The position numbers and the translations under genes were made by a program. Below, one piece after another: positions 1 through 13,521 of a stretch of 64,000 nt of DNA. Positions within the stretch are counted from its first letter, which is position 1; every line of letters begins with the position of its first letter. The stretch is from the NCBI GenBank assembly GCA_040954595.2, contig CM082593.2, positions 4,729,434 to 4,793,433 on the forward strand. The letters are read 5' to 3'. The notes below the pieces were generated by a model. It was not told where the DNA came from. It made no database searches and saw only the letters and a list, made by a program, of their open reading frames with translations. This DNA comes from Balanoglossus misakiensis. Its lineage: Eukaryota > Animalia > Hemichordata.

Positions 1-993
1 AGCGCCACCATATGTTCTTTAGAACGCTTAAATACGCCATTTCAGCCATATATGGGTGTATGTAAATTGGAGGTGACTGTATACCTCTAAGAGAAGTGCC
101 AAACTAAATGTATGAATAAACTACAGCTGACTAAGTTGCGATGAAGAATTAATACTTTACAGAAGGTGTTTGGAAAGTTTCAGAGTTACCAGTCAAGGAG
201 GGTATTAAAACCCAGTAGGTTGTCTTGCCCATGAAATAAGGTGACATGATGAATCTAACTACATCAGACTATCTTTCATATAAACGATGCCTACTGCACA
301 AGTTGTGTGAAGGAGATTACACTATGGTATATAAGACGTAAGTGCATGTGTGTGTTTACAATACAAGTGGTTACAACTTACAAGCATGCAAGCCTACGTG
401 TAATGGGCAAGGGGTTGGCTGGAAATAAATCTTACCTTTTCATCAGATTCCTACACAATGCAGCCAAAATTAAAAATAAAACACCCAGAATTACTTCCTC
501 ATGCTTTAATGGGTTTGTGGGTTCTGTTATCAAAGTTTTATGGAACTTCTTTCACCATACAAAGTTGAAAGGGGGAAACATGCACTGAACATACCAGGAT
601 TTCAGTATGCAATAACACAGCATTCTGCGTCGATAACGTTCACCGTTAGATATTTACACACAATCTGCAGAGATGCTCCAAATGTCAGCTATGTGACCTG
701 CCAGTGTTCGGTTTCCTGACACAACTACATAAATGCTGTTTACTCCATCAATGCATCTTCAAACTACATCTCAGATGGCGAGAGCTAGATGTTACCAGTG
801 ATTGACAGGGTCGGGCCAATAATAACAACTGCCTGCTATCTCTATACTACCACATTTTGCCAGTATCTGATACTTTCAGCAAATCTACACAAAAAAATAG
901 TTTCTTCCTGCCATTAAGAAATCCTCCATCTGCACCAAAAACTAGCTAGACCGTAATTTCTCATCAACAGAAAATTATCAAATAAGAGATCCA

Positions 994-1199
994 CTATGGA
1001 TACAACGATGACTTAATTACCTTAGGCTTATCTTTTGGTTTCTCATGGTTCAATTCGACCCTGACAGGTCTATACCCTTTTTTCGGTGCGTCTCCACCAA
1101 ATGGTTTCCAGACCGGGGCAACATTGAAGTTGGCATCCCTCTCTTTTTCATAATTATCGCCCGAAATTGGGTTAGACGGTTGCCCTGGTGTCCAGACAC
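994..1199 (-). CDS. PDZ-domain protein, last coding exon of the model
   Basis: ctcctttttcag acceptor; (G)VWTPGQ...VWKPFG...GYRPVR...KVIKSSLYP then TAG at 994-996. Summed model is 1635 nt (544 aa + stop). Confidence 0.8.
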
Positions 1200-1693
1200 C
1201 TGAAAAAGGAGAAATCAAAATTGCTTCAGAATTTCAAATTAATGTAAATACTTCTGACACCTGAATAGTCAAATACAGGAGATGTCTACATTTAATACAG
1301 AATACTGATTCCACTGAAGCAAAAAGTTCAAAATACAGACATGATGCAATGTTAACAAAACACAAGTACAGGTATCTATGGCTGACAAACATGGTCACTT
1401 CCAATTAACAAAAGGTGATATCAGGGATTTTTGTAAGAAGCGCAGCGAGCTACCGTAGTCGTGTTGCAAATGAGAGGTGATGTTTAAAGGATTTCCAAGA
1501 GAATGAATTGATTCTGCTCCAAATAAAAGATGATGTTAGAAGTTAAAAAAAAGGGGACAAAATTCTCCTAAGAATGAGAGATGTTAAAGGCTTTCGAAAA
1601 GAGTGAACCTATCCTGCTTCACCCTGTACGCAGCAAAATGCTCCTTCCTGATCTAAAGTAAATCCTGACTCGATCAATCTCACTGACACATAC

Positions 1694-1921
1694 CTGGTTT
1701 GGGCGCTGATAAACTGGCATTCACTTTGACAGGTGCCGGTGGAAGAGGCTCGTGATTAGTCACGACTTCAGCGTTGTATGACGGTGGAGGTGGGGGTGGT
1801 GGCGGTGGCGACAGTTCTGACGGTGAAGTCACTGTTGCCGGTGACGTGGGATCTGTGTACGCATTCTGTTGCACAGCGACTGGGCTGACTTTGGCAACAG
1901 TTGTCGACTCATCAGCCATAT
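1694..1921 (-). CDS. PDZ-domain protein, exon 8 (polyproline)
   Basis: ttattacag acceptor; (D)MADESTT...SPPPPPPPPPSY...APKP; donor CAG|GTATGT; 228 nt. Confidence 0.82.
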
Positions 1922-3157
1922 CTGTAATAAAATTAAATCAACATAAATCAAGGGGGGTGTGCTTTGATTCGCACGCTTCAATCATCTTTGTTTGCTTACG
2001 GTCTGTTCATAAAACAGGGAGGAGAATCAAATGTACACAAAACAAACTCTTTTTATTCACTTAGTTTGAGTATCAATTTTCAGAATACAGTCAAGACATT
2101 CAAAGAATGATTTAGAATTGTCTACCAAATTGAATCTGTAAACTGATATCTCAGTTTGGATTTATCAGAAAAATTATTGTCCATCTGGGTGATGAGAGAA
2201 AGATAGTCTTCTGCAGGATATATCAGCAGAAAGAAACTCCCCAAACACTCCCCACTTCCCAAGATCAATCCCAGTAATGCCAAGTGATTGCTAAAGTTGT
2301 AAGTGTGTACATACAGGTATAACCAGTGACAAGGATACAACATAAACTTGGACAATTACACAGTAACACATGTTCTCCATAGCTGTCATGACATCTGTCG
2401 CTCATTTTTTGAATCGTTAAAAACAAAAATACTTTTGTCTGTTTCATTATCATTCTTCCAACTTTAGAATTTTAATAGTATGACTAGTAGAAACTTTTCT
2501 GATAATGACAGACATGGCCATGAAAGATTTGAAGGCCAAAACTCGCCGAAATTTACAGAATATCTGAGGGCTACGTTCCAACGCTGAAGAATTTCAATAC
2601 ACTTAGATTAAACTGTTTATATGCAGTAGGCCAAACTCCTACAAATTCCAGTGGTACTGGTAAACTTGTGAGAAATTTATTTGCAAGGAGGATGGCAAAG
2701 AATTTCTGGAGAATGTGCAAATCACCACAGCCAACTGGAGAACATGTACCACAACACAGAGAGTCTACATGACTACCTCGTTTGTCCCACATTTCATGCC
2801 GCCTCTTTCGGAGAGCGAACAAATCTTCACCTCTGACCCGGTATCGGCCGTAGGTCCCATTTTTAATAAAGTCTGGAATTGGAACACGGACATGCACAAT
2901 CCAACATGACAATGAATGAACTCAAACTACATGTACATGGAAAAAATCTACAAAACAAAAAAACAGTTAATGACTAGTGAAAGAGTATCAGGGTTAGAGT
3001 TTAGCAGAGATAGGTTAAAAGGGGAAGGCTAAAGATGAGAACAGAAAGGTTAGAGGTTGGACTTTGAGACAAAAGTAAAGACGATATGTTTAGATCAAGC
3101 TATACAATCTACGGTACATTACAAATCGGGGAGGACCTGTAGTACTGGTACAGATGA

Positions 3158-3396
3158 TGTGATGTGATGTGATTTGAAGTTATGTGATGTGATGTACGTG
3201 ATGTGATGTGATGTGATTTGATTTGATATGATCAGACTTATGTGATGTGATGTGATGTGATGTGATGTGATGTGATGTGATGTGATGTGATGTGATGTGA
3301 TGTGATGTGATGTGATGTGATGTGATGTGATGTGATGTGATGTGATGTGATGTGATGTGATGTGATGTTATGAGATGCAACACAATGCGATGTGAT
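3158..3396. repeat. (TGTGA)n microsatellite
   Basis: Perfect run about 3241-3367 with degenerate flanks. Confidence 0.97.
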
Positions 3397-4098
3397 GTCT
3401 ACTGTAACAGTGGTAATGCTAGGATAGTGAATTCTGGGCTGCCCTCATGCCAGTGTTCCCAATCCAAAGTTGAATCAACTCCAGGCACACATGCCGACCA
3501 TAAAACACTCCTCTTCTCATCAAACACCAACATCAGACACACGCAACCATTTACACAACGTAATTACATTCAATGTCTGCTCGTACCACATGGACGAGTC
3601 ATTCGTGATAGCTCACAGTGATCTAAGAATAGACACTGGAAATATTTCCTCCTTATGAAAAGCACATGTAGCAACAATCTACTTGATAATTATTTCGTTT
3701 CAGAGTCTGTATTCCCACCATCATTATTTTTTCTTCAGTATAAAAGTTTAGTCTGATATTACCGGTATCTAACACTTCTCACTAGTACAAGCATATGCCT
3801 AATCTTGACAAAAAGTGAAGGCAAAACACTAATACTAGCTGACGATCGAGTGATATAGTGTTGCCATAGAAATAAAGTCCTCAGGAAACTCTGATATTGA
3901 TAAAGTAAGCCATAAGTATTTGTTTTTCTTGTACAAACGGTTTCCAATACAGGAAGAGAAAAACTTGACTTCTGTCATTCAATGACTAACATCTCCTCAG
4001 TGTGTACACTGACATCTGACATAAACCTTCAACACAACAGCTACAATGCATCTACCATATGATGGTCGTTATATATACAAAAGCAGAAAAGGACTTAC

Positions 4099-4152
4099 CT
4101 GAATAAGCTGGGCTGTCAGTACTTCTAGGAGGCGGACTAAAAGCTCCCCTCT
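4099..4152 (-). CDS. PDZ-domain protein, exon 7 (54 nt)
   Basis: tttgtttacag acceptor; (E)RGAFSPPPRSTDSPAYS; consensus donor CAG|GTAAGT; phase 1 to 1. Confidence 0.8.
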
Positions 4153-7069
4153 CTGTAAACAAAAGAAAATAACATTAGTAGATGCCAGAGCAGTGTATAA
4201 CTATGCGCCCTGGTAGAGGACGCCGGGCTCTGGTTTGAAGATAGCAAGCCAAGTAGCTTGTACTGCAGCACGCAAATATTTCAGAGATCAGTTAACTGAC
4301 CCGGAGTTTCTCACTGGTCAACAGTGATAGTAGTCAACTTGCGACGACATTTTTTGCATAAACTGGACGAAACAGATTGGCTTTATGTGCTAGCACCCAC
4401 CTCCAAATAAAATGACTCGGTTATTTGGATTTCAGGGAAATAAAGGCAGACTGCATCGACTTTCTCCTGTTTCCGTAGGAGCAGATGCACCGGCACTTTT
4501 TTTACTAATAAATACGTTGCACATAGCAGAGAAATCTGAGGTATTTGCCACTGGCTACCGACCAGGTTTCCAACTGACTGACACACAGATCAAGTTACTC
4601 TCTCTGACATCAACTCATTTCTACTGCCCAGGTCACATCATCTGTAAAGAGTATTTTCAGGTCACAGGGAAGGTGACCTTAAGACATTTCACTTTTCACC
4701 TTAGGGCCGGTAGTGAGGTTGCTACAGTAACCAGCAACTTTTCCACTATTTTCCTACATGTTAACTTTTCTTCATTTGTGATAATTTCACAATTTCTGAT
4801 GAAAACACATATCTTGACCAATAAATTGTACCGGAAAGTTTTTTTATAAATGTCCATCTATGATGCACATGTAGATATATTATTTAAAGCACAGCTTTGC
4901 ATTCTTTCAACGTTTTGTTACATTCAGGTTTGTGAGAAACCTTTTCAAAAATATAAACTGCCTAGTCTTTGAACAAACCTAACAATCCAATTTTCCCATG
5001 GGGTCAATAACACTTTGAAGCCATTGTGAATTTCAAAAACTGAATCAATTCAGTCACCTTGAGCAAAGTATTCCAAAACCTTTACTTTAAAGCTTTACTG
5101 CAATTCAAAACATATGGACATAACTTCAACACCCTAAAACCTGCCTCGAGAACTATTTACACGGCAATACAGCGAGAGAATTCTATGTTCATGGCCACTG
5201 CGACGGCTCCATTTCACATACCTTTCGATTTAGTTGCTTGAAAACTATGCAACATGCATTTATTTATAGAAAATCTACAGCTCCTTTGAAAGAGCACCTT
5301 GTCAGAGTAATAAGGACAATATTAAAACTTAAATGGTCTTTATACAAGGCCCACTTCAATATCCGTTTGGGATTACATTCCTAGCATAAAGCTGTTTGGA
5401 ATAGCGTTTCCGTCAATATACGGCCAGAACTGCATTCTTGCCGACGTCAGCAAATTTGAACACACTTTTGGGAGAGCTGTACTTTCAAAAGAAGTTTTTA
5501 AGGGTTGTCCTCCAGAGGGCTCTTTTTCAATGCTCAAGACTTTTTTTATTTATCATGCCTTGATGCAGAAGTCCAAGCACTGGCATAACTTGAATGTTAG
5601 AGGGCAGACTGTCGCATGCCAACACTGATACACTGATTACGCAAAGCCAATGACATCCTAGGGATGAGTTAGTACAACGTGGACAAGTTTTATTAAGACA
5701 TTCCTCAAGGGTTCAAATATTTCAACGATAGACGAAAGTAGAAATCAATGTCGTGTGCAAGTACAACAAAATTTCATCAATTTTTAATCATCATTAAATC
5801 CCTGAAAGAGATACAGCATTCACATGCAGTTAGTATTGATGAACTTCTCAGCATGCACAAGTATCAATGGTGAAACTCCCTGCAAGAAATCCACACTATT
5901 TTAGAAGCACGCACGCATGTTGGTTAGACTGTGGGCCACTGCACAGCACACGACACACACATCTCTGCTATCCGGCTATTGCAATCAGAAACAGGGGTTA
6001 GTAAACTTGGCTGTAAATAGAACTATTAATTTTAATTGTCCGAGTGAGGGCCATGCATACCATAGTTTGGTGATTGCAAAGTTCAATCCAACCATGCTGT
6101 GGATGTGTTATTAACATTACGAGGTACATTTCGCGATGTTATCAGGCAGTCTTTTGTGAGATGATCCATTTCACGTGCAGCTACCATGAAATGGACATGA
6201 TATTTGCCAGTTTGCTCCTGAATTCATCCCGAAATTTTATAGCACTTTTATGCATAAAAATGAAACTCGGCAAAATAAAAATCACGTACACCACACACAC
6301 TGCAAACCTCAAACACAAAATTCCACATCTGCTTTCAGGGATTGTGTAAGGCACCAAAAACATGACGCCAACACGGCGGCCAGTTTGTTCAAAGGTGACC
6401 GTACAGGAATGGCTGATACGATCTCTACAGTATCAAATGGTATGAGTGAAATGTTACTCATTTCCTATCAACATGATGTAGTTTATTGGTAGCGGCGGAA
6501 GAAACAGCCAATAAATGTCACTTGAGGAGACGGAGCTAATTAGTAAGATCCTGAAGCTAGAAATTTCTACAGTTTTCTCTTAGTTTTGCTTAAGTTCAGC
6601 TGAGGATGCAGAAGTTCCATTTACCTATCACAATTTTTAAGTGATACCACTTCAGCTTACTATAAAAGTCTTCTCAACCTATTCTTCCTAGCACTGATGC
6701 AATCAAGTAGTTCACCACTAACTTACTGCTTGGTACTGGACAGGTGTAAAAGTTCACACTTACACAATATCAGCCAATGGTATGTTTTCAATGTTGTAAT
6801 ACTTAGTATTATGATACATAAATTGTTTCTGTATATGTATGTATCAAAGTCAATTCTGCACTATATAGCAACTGGTGGCCAGCTGCTGTAGATGGCGAGG
6901 GACTTAAATACCTGCTAGTAACACTTGTATTTTCGTAAATTCACTTTATATGATGGAAATCTGTGTTTAACCAAAACTGGCACATTTACACAATCCCTAA
7001 ATGCAACATACACATCACACAAAACAACTCTAGTCCTACCAAGCAGATGACTATAGCGTATGCATTTAC

Positions 7070-7270
7070 CCCTAGCTCTGGGCCTATTGGCTGCAGGTTG
7101 GAGTATCAGTGACGTTTTCACTTTTTTGGGCCCCTGGGCCGTCACCGGGCGATACTCGTACATCTGTGGGGGCGGGGGGACAGTGGGGGGTGGGGATGTA
7201 AGCGTTCTCTCGTTATCATCCTTGGACATGGACTTGAAGTTGACTGGTTGCCACGCACGTGATGTGGTTG
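7070..7270 (-). CDS. PDZ-domain protein, exon 6
   Basis: tttccacctag acceptor; (A)TTSRAWQPVNFK...YEYRPV...KKVKTSLILQP...RAR; donor G|GTAAAT; 201 nt. Confidence 0.8.
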
Positions 7271-7525
7271 CTAGGTGGAAAGAAAACATACAATGTGATG
7301 AGAAAAAGAAAAGGCGATTTTATACCGTGTTATCATGCAAAAACACTCCACATGAGACACCCGCAAATATTTGCTAGTAGAATCTTCTAGTGTATTTCCA
7401 TAGCCATAAGACTGTACCAATGAAAAAGAGGTGTGAGTAGATTAAATTAAAAGAAATGAAAATGCAACAGAAACGAGTATTCAAGATGGCATGCAAATTA
7501 CGATACAAGGAACGAATTTACAAAC

Positions 7526-7786
7526 CATCAAAGCTATTGGATCTAGGTCTTATGAAGAGGGTAGTTTTCACTTTTTTACGATGAGTGGGAGGAGAAGCGA
7601 CGGCCGATTGGTCAACACTGAACGCGCGTTTGACGTCGGGACCGCCGTGCCGCGGAGGCGGGTGCGGAGGACGCGAATCAATTTCCTTGATTAATTTTGT
7701 TACTTCGGATTTAGTGGCGGTTTGTTGGACCTGATCGGGCACTTGTAAATGGCTGTTGGTGGGGATCTGAGGGCTTACAGGAGATA
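7526..7786 (-). CDS. PDZ-domain protein, exon 5
   Basis: ttctctcctgtag acceptor; (V)SPVSPQIP...KKVKTTLFIRPRSNSFD; donor G|GTTTGT; 261 nt, phase 1 to 1. Confidence 0.72.
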
Positions 7787-9512
7787 CTACAGGAGAGAAG
7801 ATAGCAAGTATATATATAAGAATTAAAATGAGAAGATTTATCCAAATTCCCACATCCTGAAATTCGAGTTTACCACCTAGATTGGTGAAAATTGTCACAT
7901 ACATACATGTACATGTACTTGGATTGTGTTTTCAAATTAAATAGATGGAAATAGTGAGGCTGAAAATTAATTTCTACATATCGGAAAAACAAAAATCTCA
8001 GATGATACAATTCAGTGAGAAACGGGTAAATCAGAACTCGAATGGTACCAAATGACCTGATGCAGACCTCACATTTTAACCTAGTTTATTTTCACCAAAG
8101 AAGCATTGCAGTATGTGATTTGGTCCCTAACACAGAAGTGACATGTAATTTCAGGTGGTGAGAATTTGAGAGATTTTTTTTAACAAGGAAAGAATACGTA
8201 ACAAGAGTAACTCTGCATGCAACAGCCATCTACTGGCTATTTGGTAGCTTGCATTTTGTGAATAAAATACAACATGATATATCTATAAGCTGCAAATGCC
8301 AAACGCCATATGCATGGATGCACAACTCCAACACAGTGCTGTGAAAGCTGAAATTCAAAACGGTTAGACAAATATTTTCATCCACATACAGAACTGACTA
8401 CAATGTGTTCAACGTACATTAGACAATGTTAGCAACAAACAACACCTGGACAACCAACAAAGGAGATAATTTTTTTTCTCATGTGAATACTTAAGACAGA
8501 ATCGAATGACCACTTGAACAGGGTATATAAATATAAATTTACATTTAAAATAAATACGATTTATGCGCATTTGTTTATGCTGTATTCTATATCAAACTGT
8601 GCAATATATGGAAACTTCTGCAATGCCATGGATTATAGCCACCATGGGGTTCAGGGAAAACAAATGAACTATACCACTGTGTTACTTTGAAAAGAAAGTA
8701 AGTAAGTTCGTAATCAAAACAAATTCTTATTATATGTATAATAACCTCTCTGTATAAAAACATACAACCATCTTATTAAGAGTAATGTGATGGACGTATT
8801 GACATCACAGTGATGGAGATGATAAACATGACAAACGAGTAAGAACAACAAAGTGCGATGAACCACAACTGCTTCTGAGGCAATTCTACATAACCCATGC
8901 ATAAACTAGTCTAAATAATGGCCAACGAACAGCACAAGTTTATGCAACATTAGCAAGAGTGGGTTGTACGTGCGCATGTGTGTATAGCCTTCTCTGAGCA
9001 TGGATAGCCATAATTGCCCAGGGGGTACCAGAATATTTGCGATATAAATAACTACTAATTTCTGGTAGCAAGTTCCGGTAGCAATTACCGGATTCTAAAA
9101 TGTTTTAGCTGTGGGCTGTAGTGAAAGTCTATACCACACAAATGAGATTGATTTCGTGAAAAGAAATCGTTTTTGTGCATTAGATCATTCTAAGCCCAAT
9201 TGATTGGTCTACATTTTATAGTAAAGCAAGACTGTAACAGAGATAGTAATGTGAAAATATATCAGTGGTTGCCTTGACTACTTTATTAAATAATTTCAGT
9301 GAAGTTGCACATACTCTCTCTGAAACTATGAATTTTCAGTTTGAATTTGTGACCCGCGAGTTCGCAAAGAGTAGGCTAGGTGGTGATTGTCTGTTAGATT
9401 TTTCCATTTCATCCGCAGAAGCGCCGCATCCGCCAAAAACAACAACAGCCAATCCAGGGCATCAGCCAGGTGCACGTAGGTTCTGACCGAACACACACGA
9501 CCTACTACTGAC

Positions 9513-9797
9513 CTCCCCCGCCCGGCGACCACACGTGTAAAATCCTATTGGGCGAATCAGAACCCCTCTCTGTCGCCGCGGAAACCTGCACGGTGATCGG
9601 CGGTTGCCGCTCTCGTTTCCGTTCACCTTCCGTGGAGGTGAGACTCTCGGAGGACGACCATCGCGCCGGGGACGTACAGCGCGTGATTTTGGTCACTTTC
9701 GTCGTCGTTTTTTTGACCACCGCAACATTGCCTGGTAAGTGCTGGAGATCTACATCGCCCAGGCCAGCTCTAATTAAAGAATCTTCTATGGAATCAG
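9513..9797 (-). CDS. PDZ-domain protein, exon 4
   Basis: tctctccctgtag acceptor; (A)DSIEDSLIRAG...HVWSPGGG; donor G|GTCAGT; 285 nt, phase 1 to 1. Confidence 0.78.
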
Positions 9798-11844
9798 CTA
9801 CAGGGAGAGAAAATATTATAGGTTCTGTGGCAAGTAGGATGATATGATGGATAGAATGTTTTCTTCCTGCTCCCATCCTACAATAATATTCATTCTCTAC
9901 TACAGCAGACATACATGTATGAAACGGAAATACATGTAAGTTCGTCTGTAGTACATCAGCACAAATTTTCTACATTGTTTGACCGAGAAATTATGAATAT
10001 CCAACATCACAGTATTCCTGGCCGGGATTATAAAACAATGTTGTTGTACAGCGTACAGCTGTTTACTCTGTGACAGCAGATGTCATTGGTTTAAAGGTGT
10101 ACATACCACAGTACTTGACAAGCTAATTTGGTTTTCAATTATATTACAGTCAACAAGTATACGCTGGAATTATCAGGTTTGGTACGATCATGAAATAACC
10201 TAATCATAACTACAAAATATTGATTGCCATTTTTATGACATGATGATGATAAAGAATGTAGGATATTAACAGTACACAAGGGAAATGACACTGATAATTG
10301 CATCTTCTGATTTATCAGGTTTTGTTTCCAAGGCAACGGTCTGCTGTAAAATTGCAATTATTTAAAACTTTAGTGTTTATTCATTTCCATATATTTTTGA
10401 GTATATATTAAATTCGTTTTCAAACACCACGGACTGTCAAATGCACTTATTTCTCTTGGTTTAATTGCACAACTCAGCATGTGTGGCGATGCACGTTACA
10501 TGCATGAAGGCTAAATGGCATACACTACCAGCATGCTTTGCAAAGGCACAATCAAGCATACCCAATGACTTATCTCCCAGCATTCTCTGTGATGTATTAC
10601 CCAACATGCCATGTCACAACCTACTACAAGCCTTCACTTATGGCATGCACACCTGGCTAACCCAATTGATATCATGCTTCACCAATGCAACTGTCCCAAT
10701 ACAGAGGTTGCATACACAATAAATCTATCACTGTCGAAGTCACTAACTACACATCCATCACTGCTATCTATAAGACATTCTGACATGCCTGTTTTGTTGT
10801 CTTGTAACTTCCAGGCTTGATGATCGATGTTCATTTTTAACAACTTTATTAATCAACAACCTGCAACCTACACACTTATTTGTGATGAATCTAAACATAT
10901 AGGAATTTTAATCTTTCTGTCAGAAAGTATAATAGTATGTAATACAACATCTGAATGAGTCTATCAATGCAACACTTTTTCAATCTTGCTTGTCAAATGA
11001 ATTTTGTCAATTGTATACTTTGTCTTCATAGCTAGTTACAAATGTATATTAAACTTATCTGTCGATCAAAACCAATAATGCCAAGAATTTCAGCTGAACA
11101 TCTGGTTCAGGAATTACACTTCAATATTTTCCCGTTCTCAAACATTTCCTTGACAAATAAACTGACATATCTACTTCAGATGCGATTAACTGCAGCACAG
11201 AACTAGATTAGGTCTGTTTATTCCTGTTAGATTTCTATCAACATGAACCAAATTCCAAAATCAAGCACTTGCATATCTTTCCATCTAAATATAGACAGGT
11301 ATATCACAGATCTGGCTGCTTCAAAATCAAATGACATAGAGTAAGAACTACCATGAAAGAGAATTTCCAGCATGACATCACCATCATATCAAAAATTAAA
11401 GTTCATGTGAAAAAGTAAAATATTAGGGAAATTTGTCACCTAATATTAATTGAGGTACCAGGCCTGATAAATGTTACAGGGGGTCCCTGGTCATATGTTC
11501 TGGGGTTCACCTTGGTACATCAACACAATCATAATACTGGGTAGCAGAAGTCTTATTAAGGTTTCCGAACCATTTATTGATTTTCTCCAACTTTAGTGTA
11601 AACACTGCAAGCCAGCTTACAGCTAAAACCTAGCTGTGTTGCAACACCTAATTTTCTGAAGACTTGTATGTAAAAATTGCCCTGGGGAAAAATGACTTCA
11701 AAATGCAATGAGTTAACCTGTAGAAGTACAAAAGACATGTCCAGAGCAAACAGTTAGAGAGATATAGTCATGATTGTGAATACTGCAAAATCATCAACGC
11801 ATTCATCTGAGCCATCGGCTCAATCACTAAAACTCTCTACCTAC

Positions 11845-11999
11845 CATTTGACCCTTGGTCAGAGTTCATCATAACTGTTTTCGTCGTGGTTTCCGTCATG
11901 TCTTCGCTCAGATCGCCGTTCACTTCCTCCGTTGGACCGTTGGACGTCGACCGATAAATAGTACTTGTGTTGATGAGTGGGCTCGACGATGTCAACTTT
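11845..11999 (-). CDS. PDZ-domain protein, exon 3
   Basis: tttctcttgcag acceptor; (R)KLTSSSPLINT...SDQGSN; donor G|GTAGGT; phase 2 to 1 fits both neighbours. Confidence 0.8.
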
Positions 12000-12343
12000 C
12001 TGCAAGAGAAACAGTTACAGTGAGAGAGTTGAAAGTGTGACGACGGCAGAGCGAAGTCTACCGAGCTATGCCCCGTAGTAGAGGCACCACGGTTCAATGG
12101 CTGAGTGACAGACTCGGTGGACGGTGAATTGAAATGAGGCACATCGCGACCGGTGTTGTTGTGTCCTTGAGCCAATTACTCTAGTTACTCAGCTGTTCTC
12201 TCCGTGTGAGATGATGGATATGTGATGGGATGGGAACCTGTAAAAAGAACCTGATCCCAGAGGACTGGCTTGTAGTTGTACATACATATATGCAATGCGC
12301 GCATGCATGCATACATACTAACATCAATCAATCAATTTATCAT

Positions 12344-12511
12344 TTGATTGATTAATTGATTGATTGATTGATTGATTGACTGACTGACTGACTGACTGAC
12401 TGATTGACTGACTGACTGACCGACTGACACACTGTTTGTTTGGTTGGTTGGTTGGTTGGTTGGTTGGTTGATTGGATGGTTGGATTGATTGACTGACTGA
12501 CCGACTGACTG
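12344..12511. repeat. Compound tetranucleotide microsatellite (TGAT/TGAC/TGGT)
   Basis: Seen directly. Confidence 0.93.
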
Positions 12512-13462
12512 ATCAGATGAACCAAAGCATCTACTTTAGAAACAAGATGATCAATACCCGTTGAGAGAAAGATGGCATATGGGTGCAGTAGAGTACAAAC
12601 TTCAGGAACATTTCATCAAAATCCAATTTCTTTGCAGGTTTCAATTTCTAGAGGAAACATAAATAAACTTCTCCTTGAACTTGTCTGCCCCAGGGAGGTA
12701 CCCTGTACACGCGTCTGCTAACTCATGCCTCCTCACGGTTACCATGGTAAAGGTTTAATCAGACACAGCTGGGTTTTAATGATCACTTATCATTACCATG
12801 GTGTTCGCATGGCATATGGAAGACATTCTGGATCAGGTTTTCAAGAAATTTGTGCCCAAAGTTAAGATGTCAATGGTTACAAGAATGTAGACACATTTCC
12901 ATGCCTAATCGTAGCACAATATGTGCGTAGATGAATTAAGCATAACTCAGGTTTTAAACCACTTCAGTCTAATAGTAATACCCACTGATTCCAGAGATTA
13001 GACCAGAGATTTAATGTGACAAAATTTTAGGACTTGGAATTTGAAAAGGCATTATTACGATAATCCACAAAGACAGGAATGTACGGTAGGTATAAGTCTT
13101 AAGGCTAAATCTTCTAAGACCCAACATAACAAGTTTTAAATGGAATTTGAGAAGGAAATTTTCAGACCACAATCTGAAGAAAGTATCTGCACATGTTGCA
13201 GACTGAATTACAAAGCAATTTCACAAGTGCACAGAGTAACCAAATGCTCATTATATGGTTTAATGCTTGTTACACATATGCACCAAAGTTGGTTTATAAA
13301 ATTGCCTTGAAACATTCCTAAGAAAAGCAGACAGAATCTCAGATCATCTGCTCAAGCAGAGAGTTTACTGAACGCTACCAATTATTGATACAACACTGGT
13401 CAAAGCCCCGGAATCTCAGGACAGTTGCATGACCGATGACGTGTCAACTTTTGCACTCACTC

Positions 13463-13521
13463 ACTTACCCAGGCACTTCCCTGCATCAGCTGTAGCAAAA
13501 TATTCACTCGGCTATTTTTAA
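13463..13521 (-). promoter_or_regulatory. MEF2 site, E-box and strong splice donor in PDZ-gene intron 2
   Basis: CTATTTTTAA at 13512-13521; CAGCTG at 13487-13492; TGG|GTAAGT donor at 13468. Confidence 0.4.

Noticed and set aside
3180-3383. ORF with ITSHH repeats
   Set aside because: Translation of the (TCACA)n microsatellite.
4412-4849. 145-aa plus-strand ORF
   Set aside because: Antisense intronic, with no domain-like features or splice support.
6309-6424. Possible alternative last exon of the PDZ gene ending ...DVEFCV*
   Set aside because: In phase, but the polypyrimidine tract is poor and there is no other support.
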